A stretch of DNA of 64,000 nucleotides from Bacteroidota bacterium (GTDB taxonomy: Bacteria > Bacteroidota > Bacteroidia > Cytophagales > Cytophagaceae): NCBI GenBank assembly GCA_023458555.1, contig JAEWYS010000015.1, forward strand, positions 123,011-187,010, given 5' to 3'. Below, piece after piece: positions 1 to 9,464 of the stretch (the stretch's first letter is position 1; the number at the start of each line of letters is the position of its first letter). The position numbers and the translations under genes are program-made. The notes beneath the pieces are model-generated. The model made no database searches, was not told where the DNA came from, and saw nothing but the letters and a program-made list of their open reading frames with translations.

Positions 1-628
1 TGAACGTCAATGGCCGGAATCACAGAAATGGATTGGAAAGAAGCTGGCAATTTATCATATTCATTCGGCCACTCCGGATAGCGGAGTTCTTGATTCAGAG
101 GAGGTGCTGGACAAGCTTTGGGAGCTGAAAAAAACAGGTATCGTAATAGGGCTTTCATTAAGCGGTACAGCTCAGTCTGAGACACTTGAGAAAGCGATGA
201 GTATAAGTAGGGACAGGCAGATGCTGTTTGGTTCAGTACAGGCAACCTGGAATATCCTGGAGCAATCTGCTACAGAAGGTCTTTTAAATGCAGCCAGAGC
301 CGGTATAGGCATCATAATTAAAGAAGCTCTGGCTAATGGCCGCCTGACAGAAAGAAACAATAATCCTGGTTTTCTGGAAAAACAGATTCTGTTAAGCCGG
401 ATAGCTGAAAAATATCAGGTAAGCATCGATGCCCTGTGTATGGCGTATGTTTTAAATCATCCCTGGACTCATATCGTACTGAGCGGGGCTTCAAATGTAG
501 AACAGCTGGAGTCAAACATAAAAGCAATTGAAATGCATATAACTCCGGATGATATGCAAATACTGTCCGGATTAAAGGAGCCGCGTGAAACTTATTGGAA
601 AGATCGGGCTGCTTTGGACTGGAATTAA
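1..628 (+). CDS. aldo/keto reductase family oxidoreductase, C-terminal part (5' end lies outside the window)
   Basis: The frame of the listed ORF 104..628 stays open back to the window edge (...IYHIHSATPDSGVLDSEEV precedes the listed Met). AKR-like segments are present: IIKEALANGRL, ALCMAYVLNHP, IVLSGASNVEQLESN. Confidence 0.7.
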   Translation, partial: ERQWPESQKWIGKKLAIYHIHSATPDSGVLDSEEVLDKLWELKKTGIVIGLSLSGTAQSETLEKAMSISRDRQMLFGSVQATWNILEQSATEGLLNAARAGIGIIIKEALANGRLTERNNNPGFLEKQILLSRIAEKYQVSIDALCMAYVLNHPWTHIVLSGASNVEQLESNIKAIEMHITPDDMQILSGLKEPRETYWKDRAALDWN

Positions 629-760
629 TGCTATAGGATTAATTCTATACAAAGAGGGCTTGGAGAATTATAGTTCCCTGCTGCGATCCCTGAGGCTTTA
701 TACAATAATATAAGGCATTTATTAAGTGTTCATTTAATATTATGATACTTAACTAATACA

Positions 761-795
761 AAGAGACTGTCTGATCTGATTCAGCACAGTCTCTT
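761..795. terminator. hairpin between convergent genes (possible bidirectional terminator)
   Basis: aagagactgt (761-770) pairs perfectly with acagtctctt (786-795). It lies between the stop at 628 (+) and the stop at 832 (-). Confidence 0.5.
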
Positions 796-831
796 ATTGT
801 TTGTGTTAAAGCAAAAGGGAATAGTTATTTA

Positions 832-1515
832 TTAAAATTTCAGACCGACAAATACTCGTGGGTTAAAATAGTTTGCTTTGTAATCCCAGTCAATTTCAAT
901 ATCCTCATCAGACGATGAACCGGTTCTTACATGGTGAAGTCTACCGAAGTGGGCTTCAAAGCCAAGTGTTATTACCTTTAATCTGAATTTTACGCCAGGG
1001 GTAAATGCCACTCCGGACATGGCATAACCGTGTCTCTCATCAAGGTCTCTAAGACGGTTGGTCCCCAGGTACAATGTCGGAGTAACATTGACAAAAATGT
1101 CCAACGCTACAGTATTGGTAGCAAAGGTTGCCATGGGGCCGAATTTTAATAAGCTCAGATAAAGAGAGGATGTCCTGGAGTTAATATCGCCAAGCAGCGT
1201 GTGATTGATTTTGTTTGATTTTACACTAAATCCGGCAGTAAGCCAGCTTACATTCATACCAAATCCGAATCGTTCTCCTTTGTGAAACATCCACTGGTTT
1301 CCGATTTCCAGAGAAGGCTGCAAACCAAGCGAGACTGTATTTCCGGATCCGACTACTTTGTATGTTGGTACACCAAGACCAAGATGCAGATAGAAGCCGC
1401 CTTGTACCATATCTTTTTCTTTTACTGCGGAGAAAGTTTCAGTTTTATCTCCATTGGCCAGGACGGTCAGAGCTGAAAACAAGGCAAGTACAATTGTAAA
1501 AGTTTTTTTCATCAT
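832..1515 (-). CDS. outer-membrane beta-barrel protein (porin-like), function unknown
   Basis: N-terminal signal peptide (MMKKTFTIVLALFSALTVLA). Alternating hydrophobic beta-strand pattern throughout. C-terminal ...VFVGLKF ends in Phe, as is typical of OM beta-barrels. Confidence 0.6.
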   Translation of the reverse strand: MMKKTFTIVLALFSALTVLANGDKTETFSAVKEKDMVQGGFYLHLGLGVPTYKVVGSGNTVSLGLQPSLEIGNQWMFHKGERFGFGMNVSWLTAGFSVKSNKINHTLLGDINSRTSSLYLSLLKFGPMATFATNTVALDIFVNVTPTLYLGTNRLRDLDERHGYAMSGVAFTPGVKFRLKVITLGFEAHFGRLHHVRTGSSSDEDIEIDWDYKANYFNPRVFVGLKF

Positions 1516-1780
1516 TGTATGTAATTAAGTATTTGATAAATAAAGTTTACTTTTTGGAGTAAAAGGTTATATAGTTATAAAGCTTATTGATAAAAAGTTT
1601 TATTTTATATTTAGTATTACCGGCAACAACGTTTTTTGTTTATGGGCAAGGTTGTCAAAATCTGAAGGAAAATAGCAGATAAGGGTGGACAGAAACAGAA
1701 GATGAGTCTAAACCGGCAGCTATTTTGGTCTTGTTTTTGTGTTGAAAAAGTATAGTATAACACCATAAAAAATAAATCCT

Positions 1781-2005
1781 ATGAAAAGAGTCATCTTTAG
1801 CGTCATCTTCGCATTGTTTTTTGTAGCGGGAACTTCCACTCTTTCTTATGCTTCAGTAGAAAAAAATCAGATTCAGCATACTGAAAAAAACTCCAAAGAC
1901 AAGGGAAAGAAGAAAAAGAAAGCCTGCAAAGAAAGTAATGAAGCAGGAGAGAAGTCCTGCTGTAAAAAAGGAGAAGCTCAGAAGTCATGTGGCGGAAAAC
2001 AATAA
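1781..2005 (+). CDS. small secreted Lys/Cys-rich protein (74 aa)
   Basis: A 24-aa signal peptide (…LSYA) is followed by a 50-aa mature part with 15 Lys (including KKKKK) and 4 Cys (ACK, SCC, SCG). A strong terminator follows immediately. Confidence 0.55.
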   Translation: MKRVIFSVIFALFFVAGTSTLSYASVEKNQIQHTEKNSKDKGKKKKKACKESNEAGEKSCCKKGEAQKSCGGKQ

Positions 2006-2034
2006 CCGCTGCTTTCCTGTGAGCTTTTTTGAAG

Positions 2035-2064
2035 AGCCTTTCATTCTAAATGAAAGGCTTTTTT
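2035..2064 (+). terminator. rho-independent terminator
   Basis: agcctttcat / atgaaaggct 10-bp stem with a 5-nt loop, followed by a T-run (2059-2064). Confidence 0.7.
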
Positions 2065-2111
2065 AGTACATTTACATTCCCCGAATCAACGAATAAGTAA
2101 TTATAGTATTT

Positions 2112-2906
2112 ATGCAGCAGTATCTGGATCTGATCAATCACATTTTGAAAGAAGGAGTACGCAAGGAAGATAGAACCGGAACCGGAACGATAAGCGTATT
2201 CGGATATCAGATGCGTTTTGATCTCGAAAAGGGATTTCCTCTCGTAACAACGAAGAAGGTACATCTGCGAAGTATTATACATGAATTACTCTGGTTCCTG
2301 AAAGGGGATACCAATATAAAATACCTTAAGGAAAATAAGGTTTCTATCTGGGATGAATGGGCAGATGAAAACGGTGAGCTGGGACCTGTATACGGATACC
2401 AGTGGCGTTCATGGCCGGATAGGGACGGGACATCAATTGACCAGATTGCACAGGTAATTGATCAGATTAAAAGAAATCCGGATTCCAGACGATTGATTGT
2501 AAGTGCATGGAATGTGGCCGATGTTAACAAAATGGCTTTGCCGCCATGTCACGCGTTTTTCCAGTTTTACGTAGCCGAAGGCAGACTTTCCTGCCAGTTG
2601 TACCAGCGGAGCGCTGACGTGTTTTTGGGAGTTCCGTTCAACATTGCATCCTATGCATTGCTAACCATGATGGTAGCACAGGTGACTGGTTTGAAGCCCG
2701 GCGAATTTGTTCATAGCTTTGGGGATACCCATTTGTATCTGAATCATCTGGATCAGGCCAGGTTGCAGCTTAGCCGGGCCCCTAGATCATTACCCCTAAT
2801 GCGGATCAATCCGGCTGTCAAAAACATAGCTGATTTTGTCTATGAAGATTTTTCGCTGGAGCAATATGATCCGCATCCGCATATTCCCGCTCCGGTTGCT
2901 ATCTAG
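2112..2906 (+). CDS. thyA: thymidylate synthase
   Basis: 264 aa. MQQYLDLI...RTGTGT...[13 protein letters not shown] (catalytic Cys)...[16 protein letters not shown]...GDTHLY, full-length ThyA pattern. Confidence 0.97.
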   Translation: MQQYLDLINHILKEGVRKEDRTGTGTISVFGYQMRFDLEKGFPLVTTKKVHLRSIIHELLWFLKGDTNIKYLKENKVSIWDEWADENGELGPVYGYQWRSWPDRDGTSIDQIAQVIDQIKRNPDSRRLIVSAWNVADVNKMALPPCHAFFQFYVAEGRLSCQLYQRSADVFLGVPFNIASYALLTMMVAQVTGLKPGEFVHSFGDTHLYLNHLDQARLQLSRAPRSLPLMRINPAVKNIADFVYEDFSLEQYDPHPHIPAPVAI

Positions 2907-3708
2907 CAAATGGCAGAATTTTCGTTATTGATGATGTGGTGGCAAACTTCCGTTCATTAATTTGCCTTATGATACTCAGACCGGTTACATTGGACGTGAA
3001 GATAAATTCCGCTTCCATGAGATGATCCAGCGAAAAGCAGCCTTCCCGATAATCACAATTGTTTGCGCTAAGCAGCCGAAGAATGTTTTTTCGGTATATT
3101 CCGTCAACACAGCCGGTAGAAAGAGAAGGGATATATACTGTTCTGCTTCTGATCCAGTATATGTTTGACGAAAGACATTCGGAGACATGATTGTGCTGGT
3201 CAAGAAGAAGTATATCATCACCCTGCTGATTGCGCATTTCTATGCCTGCCAGGATATAATGCATACTGCTCATGCATTTGAAGGAGGAAATTAGCGAATA
3301 CTGATTTCGGATTTTCTCTCCGACAACAACCTGATCTTTAAACGCCGGAGCAGCCTTGAACGGAAATGCCTGAATAAGGAAATTGCATTCCCGGGAAACG
3401 GGAGTAAACAATCCGCCTTCTTTTCTCCAGATCATTAGCTTGATGCGGGCATTATCTTCACTAAATTTTTTAATCTGTAAAAGCTCACTGGTCAGTTTGT
3501 GAAGTGTATCATCGCTCAGTTCGGGAAAATCCATATCCGCTACATTACATGCTGCTTTTATCCGGGACAAATGGTCCTCAATGAAACGGATTTCGGAGTT
3601 TTTAAAATGCATGGTTTCGAAAAAACCATCTCCGTACTGAAAACCGCGATCAGATAGAGCCAGCAGTGGCTGACTGGTTAGTTCTCCGTTGTAAATGACG
3701 TAATCCAT
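2899..3708 (-). CDS. class IV aminotransferase-fold protein, aminodeoxychorismate lyase-like
   Basis: 269 aa. The N-terminus ...[13 protein letters not shown] is typical of fold-type IV PLP enzymes (PabC/IlvE family). Convergent with thyA, and the stops overlap by 8 nt. Confidence 0.6.
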   Translation of the reverse strand: MDYVIYNGELTSQPLLALSDRGFQYGDGFFETMHFKNSEIRFIEDHLSRIKAACNVADMDFPELSDDTLHKLTSELLQIKKFSEDNARIKLMIWRKEGGLFTPVSRECNFLIQAFPFKAAPAFKDQVVVGEKIRNQYSLISSFKCMSSMHYILAGIEMRNQQGDDILLLDQHNHVSECLSSNIYWIRSRTVYIPSLSTGCVDGIYRKNILRLLSANNCDYREGCFSLDHLMEAEFIFTSNVTGLSIIRQINERKFATTSSITKILPFAR

Positions 3709-3712
3709 GTAG

Positions 3713-4639
3713 TTAATTTTTTGCCGGTACCGGCTGTTTTTGCCGGCTTACCAGTAAGACACCTCCAATAACCATACATGTACCCAGAAGCTCTGCGTAG
3801 GAAATATGCTCATTCAGAAAAACAGCTGCTAAAGCTATTGTTGATACTGGCCCGATGCTGCCGATTATTGATGCCTTGTCAGAACCGATCAGCTTTATCC
3901 CGGTGGCAAGTAAAACAGCAGGAATAACCGTACAAAATACCGCCATTAAAAAACCGATGAGATATACTTTCCCGGTGGTTTGCAGATTAAAATCATTACT
4001 CAGAATACTATGTAAAAGTACGGCGACAGTTGATACAAGCATTGCATATCCTGTAAATCTTGATGCTCCGATTTTGGGTATCAGCCGGCCGCTTCCGATC
4101 AGATAAATGGCATATGTAAAAGCACTGCCGAAAACCAGCATACTACCTTTTACGACAGGTCCGGAAAGTGTTGGGGTATCTGAAACAAAAGCAATCAGAA
4201 TACCGGCGTAGGTAAGGATCAGCGCTCCCATTTCCTTTTTGCCGATGCGTGTTTTAAAGAACAAGGCAGACAATACTACAACCAGCGTAGGGTAGATAAA
4301 AACAATAAGACGTTCCAGACTGGCGGATATGTATTGAAGCCCGGCAAAATCAAAATAACTGGCCAGATAATATCCGCAGATTCCGAGAACTATAATGGTA
4401 ATGTGATCATGCAGGGTTATTTTCTCACTTTGTTCATACCTGTAAAAAAGCATTATAAGAAAGAAAGGCAGCGAAAACAGCATGCGCAGGTTCAGAAGCG
4501 TCATTATTCCAACGCCTTCTAATAATCCGAGTTTTACCAGAATGGCTTTGCCTGAAAAGAAAACAGCTCCGGCAAATACACAGATGGCTCCGGTAAAGGG
4601 TTTTACAGTTTCTTTAAATGTTTTGTGCTCCATATGCAA
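3713..4639 (-). CDS. EamA/DMT-family transporter
   Basis: About 10 hydrophobic TM segments arranged as two EamA-like halves. The ORF opens at TTG 4639. ATG at 4633 is the more likely start. Confidence 0.8.
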   Translation of the reverse strand: MHMEHKTFKETVKPFTGAICVFAGAVFFSGKAILVKLGLLEGVGIMTLLNLRMLFSLPFFLIMLFYRYEQSEKITLHDHITIIVLGICGYYLASYFDFAGLQYISASLERLIVFIYPTLVVVLSALFFKTRIGKKEMGALILTYAGILIAFVSDTPTLSGPVVKGSMLVFGSAFTYAIYLIGSGRLIPKIGASRFTGYAMLVSTVAVLLHSILSNDFNLQTTGKVYLIGFLMAVFCTVIPAVLLATGIKLIGSDKASIIGSIGPVSTIALAAVFLNEHISYAELLGTCMVIGGVLLVSRQKQPVPAKN

Positions 4640-4855
4640 AAAGCCTCTTTTAAGAGGCTTTCCGGTATATTTTTTGGTTTTCAGAATAACTTAACCTATA
4701 ATTAGTGTTTCATTGGGCAATATGAAACAGGCAGGAATTAAAGCCTGTTATGCCAGTATGTCAAATTTACGTCTTTATGAATGATAAACGAACCGTAAAC
4801 AGTGAAAATTTTATAAGGTGAGCGGAGATTATTAAATTTACTTTTTTAATAAGTT

Positions 4856-5860
4856 ATGTCGAAGAATACGTCATGCGTTGCCGTAATAGGAGGAGGAAGC
4901 TGGGCAACTGCTATAGTTAAAATATTGTCAGAAAATTCTCATTTGAAGATTAACTGGTGGATTCGTAATAACAGCCACGTAGAGCATATTAATAAATTCA
5001 GACATAATCCGGGATATCTGAGTGATGTCGAAATAGATGTCGCAAAAGTCCGGGCTTCATCCAGTCTGGAAGAAACAATAAAAGAAGCAGAAGTCGTAAT
5101 AATAGCTATTCCTGCTGCATTCATTAAAGAAGTGTTGAGTGGCCTTGATACATCGGTATTTCAGTCAAAAAACCTTGTATCAGCAGTCAAGGGAATGATT
5201 CCGGGAGAGAACCTGTTGATCAGCCAATACCTGGAAACCTATTTTGCGGTTCCGGACAACCTGATTTGTATGATCAGTGGTCCGTGTCATTCTGAAGAAG
5301 TAGCGCTTGAAAGACAGTCTTATCTGACCATAGCCGGACGATCGGAGAAGGAAGCAGACAGAGTTGCCAAATTACTGACCTGCCGGTATATTAAAACATC
5401 AGTTTCCCTGGATTTGTATGGCGTTGAGTATGCTGCTGTAATGAAAAATGTCTACGGTATAGCCTGTGGGATCGCCAGAGGATTAAATTACGGGGATAAC
5501 TTTCAGGCAGTACTTGTATCAAATGCCTTGGTTGAAATGGAGTATGCGCTTAGCGTTTTCTATCCGACGGAACGCAATGTTGCCCGATCGGCTTACAACG
5601 GGGATCTGCTGGTTACTACCTACTCTCAGTTTAGCAGAAACAGGACGCTGGGAAATATGCTTGGCCGGGGATATTCAGTAAAAACGGCTCTGGTTGAAAT
5701 GAATATGATCGCGGAAGGATATTATGGAGTTAAGTGTATCTATGAGCTGGCCGCAAAGTTCAATATTGAGCTTCCGATTATCCGGGCGGTTTATAATATT
5801 ATTTATGAACGTATTGCTCCTTCTGTCGAATACAATATACTTGAGAACCGGTTGAGCTGA
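4856..5860 (+). CDS. gpsA: NAD(P)H-dependent glycerol-3-phosphate dehydrogenase
   Basis: N-terminal Rossmann motif VIGGGSWATA. GpsA-like core (...VKGM..., ...GPCHSEEVA..., ...NALVEM...). 334 aa. Confidence 0.92.
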   Translation: MSKNTSCVAVIGGGSWATAIVKILSENSHLKINWWIRNNSHVEHINKFRHNPGYLSDVEIDVAKVRASSSLEETIKEAEVVIIAIPAAFIKEVLSGLDTSVFQSKNLVSAVKGMIPGENLLISQYLETYFAVPDNLICMISGPCHSEEVALERQSYLTIAGRSEKEADRVAKLLTCRYIKTSVSLDLYGVEYAAVMKNVYGIACGIARGLNYGDNFQAVLVSNALVEMEYALSVFYPTERNVARSAYNGDLLVTTYSQFSRNRTLGNMLGRGYSVKTALVEMNMIAEGYYGVKCIYELAAKFNIELPIIRAVYNIIYERIAPSVEYNILENRLS

Positions 5861-6448
5861 TCAGGGATAGATTTCCGGCTGAAGTTTCCGGAGGCTTTCA
5901 TATATCAGATGTACAGGAAGGCCCATTACGTTAAAATATGACCCTGTTATTTTTTCTACGCCAATAAGGCCAATCCAGTCCTGTATGCCGTAGCTTCCTG
6001 CCTTGTCATAAGGATTATAGCCGGACAGATAATAATTGATCTGCTTATCCGAAAGAATACGGAAACGAACTGTTGTCTTGTCGCTGAAATGCTCTTCATG
6101 ATTCTTTCCGAGCAGACAGACTCCCGTAATGACTTCGTGGGTTTGCCCGGACAGTCTTTTCAGCATATGGAAGGCTTCTTCCGGTGAAGAGGGTTTGCCT
6201 AGTATTTCATTGTTATGAATTACGACCGTATCAGCGGCAATGATAAGCTGATCACATGCTAATTCATCCAGAAAAGCTGCAGCTTTTTTTCTTGCCAGAA
6301 ATTCCGCAACCTGATATACATCCATATCGTCCGGAAAACTTTCATCGGTAGGCTTGGTCCGAACAGTAAAAAAAATCCCTGCTTCCGTCAGAAGTTGTTT
6401 TCTTCTTGGTGAACCGGAAGCAAGGATTATAGTATCAGGCTTTATCAA
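5861..6448 (-). CDS. maf: Maf-family nucleoside triphosphate pyrophosphatase
   Basis: IILASGSPRRKQLL..., ...ADTVV..., ...KAGSYGIQ... motifs. 195 aa. Confidence 0.9.
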   Translation of the reverse strand: MIKPDTIILASGSPRRKQLLTEAGIFFTVRTKPTDESFPDDMDVYQVAEFLARKKAAAFLDELACDQLIIAADTVVIHNNEILGKPSSPEEAFHMLKRLSGQTHEVITGVCLLGKNHEEHFSDKTTVRFRILSDKQINYYLSGYNPYDKAGSYGIQDWIGLIGVEKITGSYFNVMGLPVHLIYESLRKLQPEIYP

Positions 6449-6454
6449 TGTCGT

Positions 6455-7633
6455 CTATTTTCTTTTGCAAAGTCGTTTTGCTTCGAACTTCGCTTCTTTA
6501 TGCCCCATGTTTTCGGCTTTTTGCAGATCAGCACAGGCTCCGCTTTTATCACTGGTGCTCATTTTTGTAAGTCCTCTGAAGTAGAAAAGATCCGGATCAT
6601 TTGACAGTTCGAGTCCTTTGTTAAAATCATTGATTGCTTTATCTGTTTCACCGTTTTCAAAATAAAACAGTCCTCTGTTCAGATAAGCGTCTTTGCTGTG
6701 AGGCATCATCTGTACAACAGTATTGAAGTCATCTTCGGCACCCTTCACATCGCCTGACATTAGCTTTGCCTCGCCGCGGTGATAATATGCCTGTTCAAAT
6801 TTTGCTTCTATTTCGATCGCTTTGCTGAAATCCTTAATTGCTCCGGCATAATCCTGAGTGTTTGCCTTACTCATACCACGGTTAAAATAAGACTCCTGAT
6901 CCAGAGGGTCCAGCTGGATTACTTTGGAATAATCCTGAATGGCTCCCTGATAATCATTCAGGTGATTTTTTGCATAGGCCCGGTAGAAGTATGCATAATT
7001 ATATTTAGGATACAATTCGATTACTTTTGAAAAGTCTTCAACGGCTTCCTGATATTTACCCCATTCATTTTTAGCCAGCCCTCTCTTGTAATATGCCTCA
7101 AAGTTGTGAGCCATGTTGGTTTGGATGGCTTTGGTATAATCTTCAATAGCTCCCTGATAGTCGCTCAGAAGATATTTTGAATTTCCCATGTTCATCAGCG
7201 CATCGGTATTTTTAGGATCGATCAGCGATACCTGCTTGAAGTCTTCAATAGCCCCGCGATGGTCACCGATATTGGATTTTGCGTGCCCTCTTTTGGCAAG
7301 AGCATTCAGATTTTTATTGTCCAGCTCTATTGTTTTGGAAAAGTCCTCAATGGCAGATTCATTATCACCAAGCTCCATTTTGGCAAGACCACGCTGATAA
7401 TAAGCTTCTGCATGCTGCGGGTTGACATGAATTGCTTCATCAAAAGCAAGCATTGCTCCTATAAAGTCGCCATTTCTGAATTTCTCAAGACCTTTTGTCA
7501 TTTCCGGAAACTGATCCGTTTTGGCTTCGGTTTTTCCCTGAGGTTCTTTTGACAACTTTTGTGCATGAGATGCTGAAAAACAGCATACCCCAAGCAGAAT
7601 ACTTGAAAATATTATACTTTTTTTCATGGTCAA
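6455..7633 (-). CDS. secreted tetratricopeptide-repeat (TPR) protein
   Basis: Signal peptide, then about 9-10 34-aa repeats with a recurring xGAIEDFSKxIELxP / AYYxRGxAK pattern. Confidence 0.85.
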   Translation of the reverse strand: MTMKKSIIFSSILLGVCCFSASHAQKLSKEPQGKTEAKTDQFPEMTKGLEKFRNGDFIGAMLAFDEAIHVNPQHAEAYYQRGLAKMELGDNESAIEDFSKTIELDNKNLNALAKRGHAKSNIGDHRGAIEDFKQVSLIDPKNTDALMNMGNSKYLLSDYQGAIEDYTKAIQTNMAHNFEAYYKRGLAKNEWGKYQEAVEDFSKVIELYPKYNYAYFYRAYAKNHLNDYQGAIQDYSKVIQLDPLDQESYFNRGMSKANTQDYAGAIKDFSKAIEIEAKFEQAYYHRGEAKLMSGDVKGAEDDFNTVVQMMPHSKDAYLNRGLFYFENGETDKAINDFNKGLELSNDPDLFYFRGLTKMSTSDKSGACADLQKAENMGHKEAKFEAKRLCKRK

Positions 7634-8094
7634 TGTATTAAAAATTTAGCCCGATATTTAATGTAGTTGTAATTAGACGTTCGTGTAAAATAGTAAAAGC
7701 AAATTAAAGACCAAATCCGACAAAGGCTTATTACGCAAACAGATCCAGTTAGTTATGACCGGCCTGCTGCCAGCGATACTTTTTTGACTTTATTGCCCGA
7801 ATAATAGTCTGATTGTGTTTTTGAAACAACCGGGTAAATATAGGATAAATCTTTTACATATCAGTAATTTTATTCGGTGTTTGACACTGTTTTACTTTAC
7901 TATTCTGAATAAAAATGGCAGGCAGTTTTCCCCTGAACAATAAAAAGGAAGGAGAGTTGGCTAAGTGGGCTATTGGATACGTATCTATATGAAATATAAA
8001 TTGTTATTGATGGTTGATGTCTGTGAAAGATCCCTTTATGCAGTCAAAATGTTTAATTTTAATTTGACTTTTTTTACATGAATTTATTTATATG

Positions 8095-8102
8095 TACCTT
8101 TG
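8095..8102 (+). promoter_or_regulatory. putative Bacteroidota -7 promoter box (TAnnTTTG)
   Basis: TACCTTTG lies 46 nt upstream of the TTG start at 8148. The same cTTTGCaC context occurs upstream of both tRNA-Lys genes. Confidence 0.45.
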
Positions 8103-8147
8103 CCCGCAGAGTTTTTGAATATTTAACACTAAAACGAAAATAATACC

Positions 8148-9392
8148 TTGGATCTATTTGAAAAGTTATTGACTGACAGAGGTCCCCTTGGAAAACACTC
8201 ATCTGTCGCGCATGGTTATTTTGCATTTCCAAAACTGGAAGGAGAAATTGGCCCGAGGATGAAATTCAGGGGTAAGGAAGTTTTATGCTGGAGTCTTAAC
8301 AACTACCTTGGCCTTGCAAATCATCCTGAAGTAAGGAATACAGATGCAGATGCATCGCGGGAGTATGGTCTTGCTTATCCAATGGGAGCCAGAATGATGT
8401 CCGGTAATTCAAACCTTATCGAGCAGTTTGAAGCAGAGTTGTCCGAATTCGTAAAGAAAGAAGATACAATGCTTTTGAATTACGGGTATCAGGGGATTAT
8501 GTCAATTGTAGATGCACTTGTTGGTCGCCATGATGTGATTGTGTATGACAGCGAATGTCATGCAAGTATTGTTGACGGTGTAAGGCTACACCAGGGAAAA
8601 CGTTTTGTGTTTCCGCACAATGATATCGAAAACCTGAAGAAACAGCTCGAAAGAGCTACCAAGATTGTTGAAGAAACCAAAGGCGGTATTCTTGTTATTA
8701 CTGAAGGGGTATTTGGTATGGCTGGGGATATGGGCGATCTGAAGTCAATTGTCGCTCTGAAAGAAAAATATCAGTTCAGACTTCTTATTGATGATGCGCA
8801 TGGTTTCGGAACTATGGGTAAAACCGGAGCTGGCGCTGGGGAAGAACAGGGAGTTCAGGATAAGATTGATCTGTACTTCTCTACTTTTGCAAAGTCAATG
8901 GCCGGCATCGGAGCTTTCGTTTCCGGAGACGAAAAAGTACTGGAATATTTACGTTATAACACAAGATCTCAGATTTTTGCCAAGACGCTGCCAATGCCAA
9001 TGGTAATAGGATTGAGAAAAAGACTTGAATTGCTGAAGAAGAATCCGGAGCTTAAAGCTAATCTGTGGAAGATTGCCTCTGCTCTTCAAAACGGTTTGAA
9101 AGCCGAAGGGTTTAATATTGGACGAACACAATCGGTGGTAACACCTGTTATTTTGAGCGGGACGGAAGCGGAAGCTGCGCAGATGATTATAGACCTCAGA
9201 GAAAATTATGGTATTTTCTGCTCTATCGTAATATATCCGGTAGTACCTAAAGACATTATGATGCTGAGATTGATTCCTACAGCTGTTCATTCACTGGACG
9301 ATGTGCAATACACTATCAATGCTTTTAAAGAAGTCGCTCAGAAGCTCAAGAACGGAGTATATAATAAGTCATTATCAAATATTACCGTTTAA
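8148..9392 (+). CDS. alpha-oxoamine synthase family PLP enzyme (AONS/KBL/SPT-like acyltransferase)
   Basis: 414 aa. ...NNYLGLANHPEV..., DDAHGFG, and FSTFAKSMAG (PLP-binding Lys context). TTG start. No bio or tdh genes are adjacent. Confidence 0.85.
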   Translation: MDLFEKLLTDRGPLGKHSSVAHGYFAFPKLEGEIGPRMKFRGKEVLCWSLNNYLGLANHPEVRNTDADASREYGLAYPMGARMMSGNSNLIEQFEAELSEFVKKEDTMLLNYGYQGIMSIVDALVGRHDVIVYDSECHASIVDGVRLHQGKRFVFPHNDIENLKKQLERATKIVEETKGGILVITEGVFGMAGDMGDLKSIVALKEKYQFRLLIDDAHGFGTMGKTGAGAGEEQGVQDKIDLYFSTFAKSMAGIGAFVSGDEKVLEYLRYNTRSQIFAKTLPMPMVIGLRKRLELLKKNPELKANLWKIASALQNGLKAEGFNIGRTQSVVTPVILSGTEAEAAQMIIDLRENYGIFCSIVIYPVVPKDIMMLRLIPTAVHSLDDVQYTINAFKEVAQKLKNGVYNKSLSNITV

Positions 9393-9412
9393 GATAAAGC
9401 ATTATATAAAAT

Positions 9413-9440
9413 AAAAAGGGGGCAACTGCCCCCTTTTTAT
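9413..9440. terminator. bidirectional rho-independent terminator
   Basis: aaaaa-gggggc-aact-gccccc-ttttt. The A-run and T-run flanks serve the convergent genes ending at 9392 (+) and 9465 (-). Confidence 0.75.
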
Positions 9441-9464
9441 TTTATATAACTGAAAAAACTCAAC

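Noticed and set aside
7989-8081. 30-codon ORF (MKYKLLLMVDVCERSLYAVKMFNFNLTFFT) in the long spacer upstream of the alpha-oxoamine synthase.
   Set aside because: It is very short and AT-rich and has no recognisable features. It ends 14 bp upstream of the predicted promoter box (8095-8102) of the downstream gene. The support is insufficient to call a gene.
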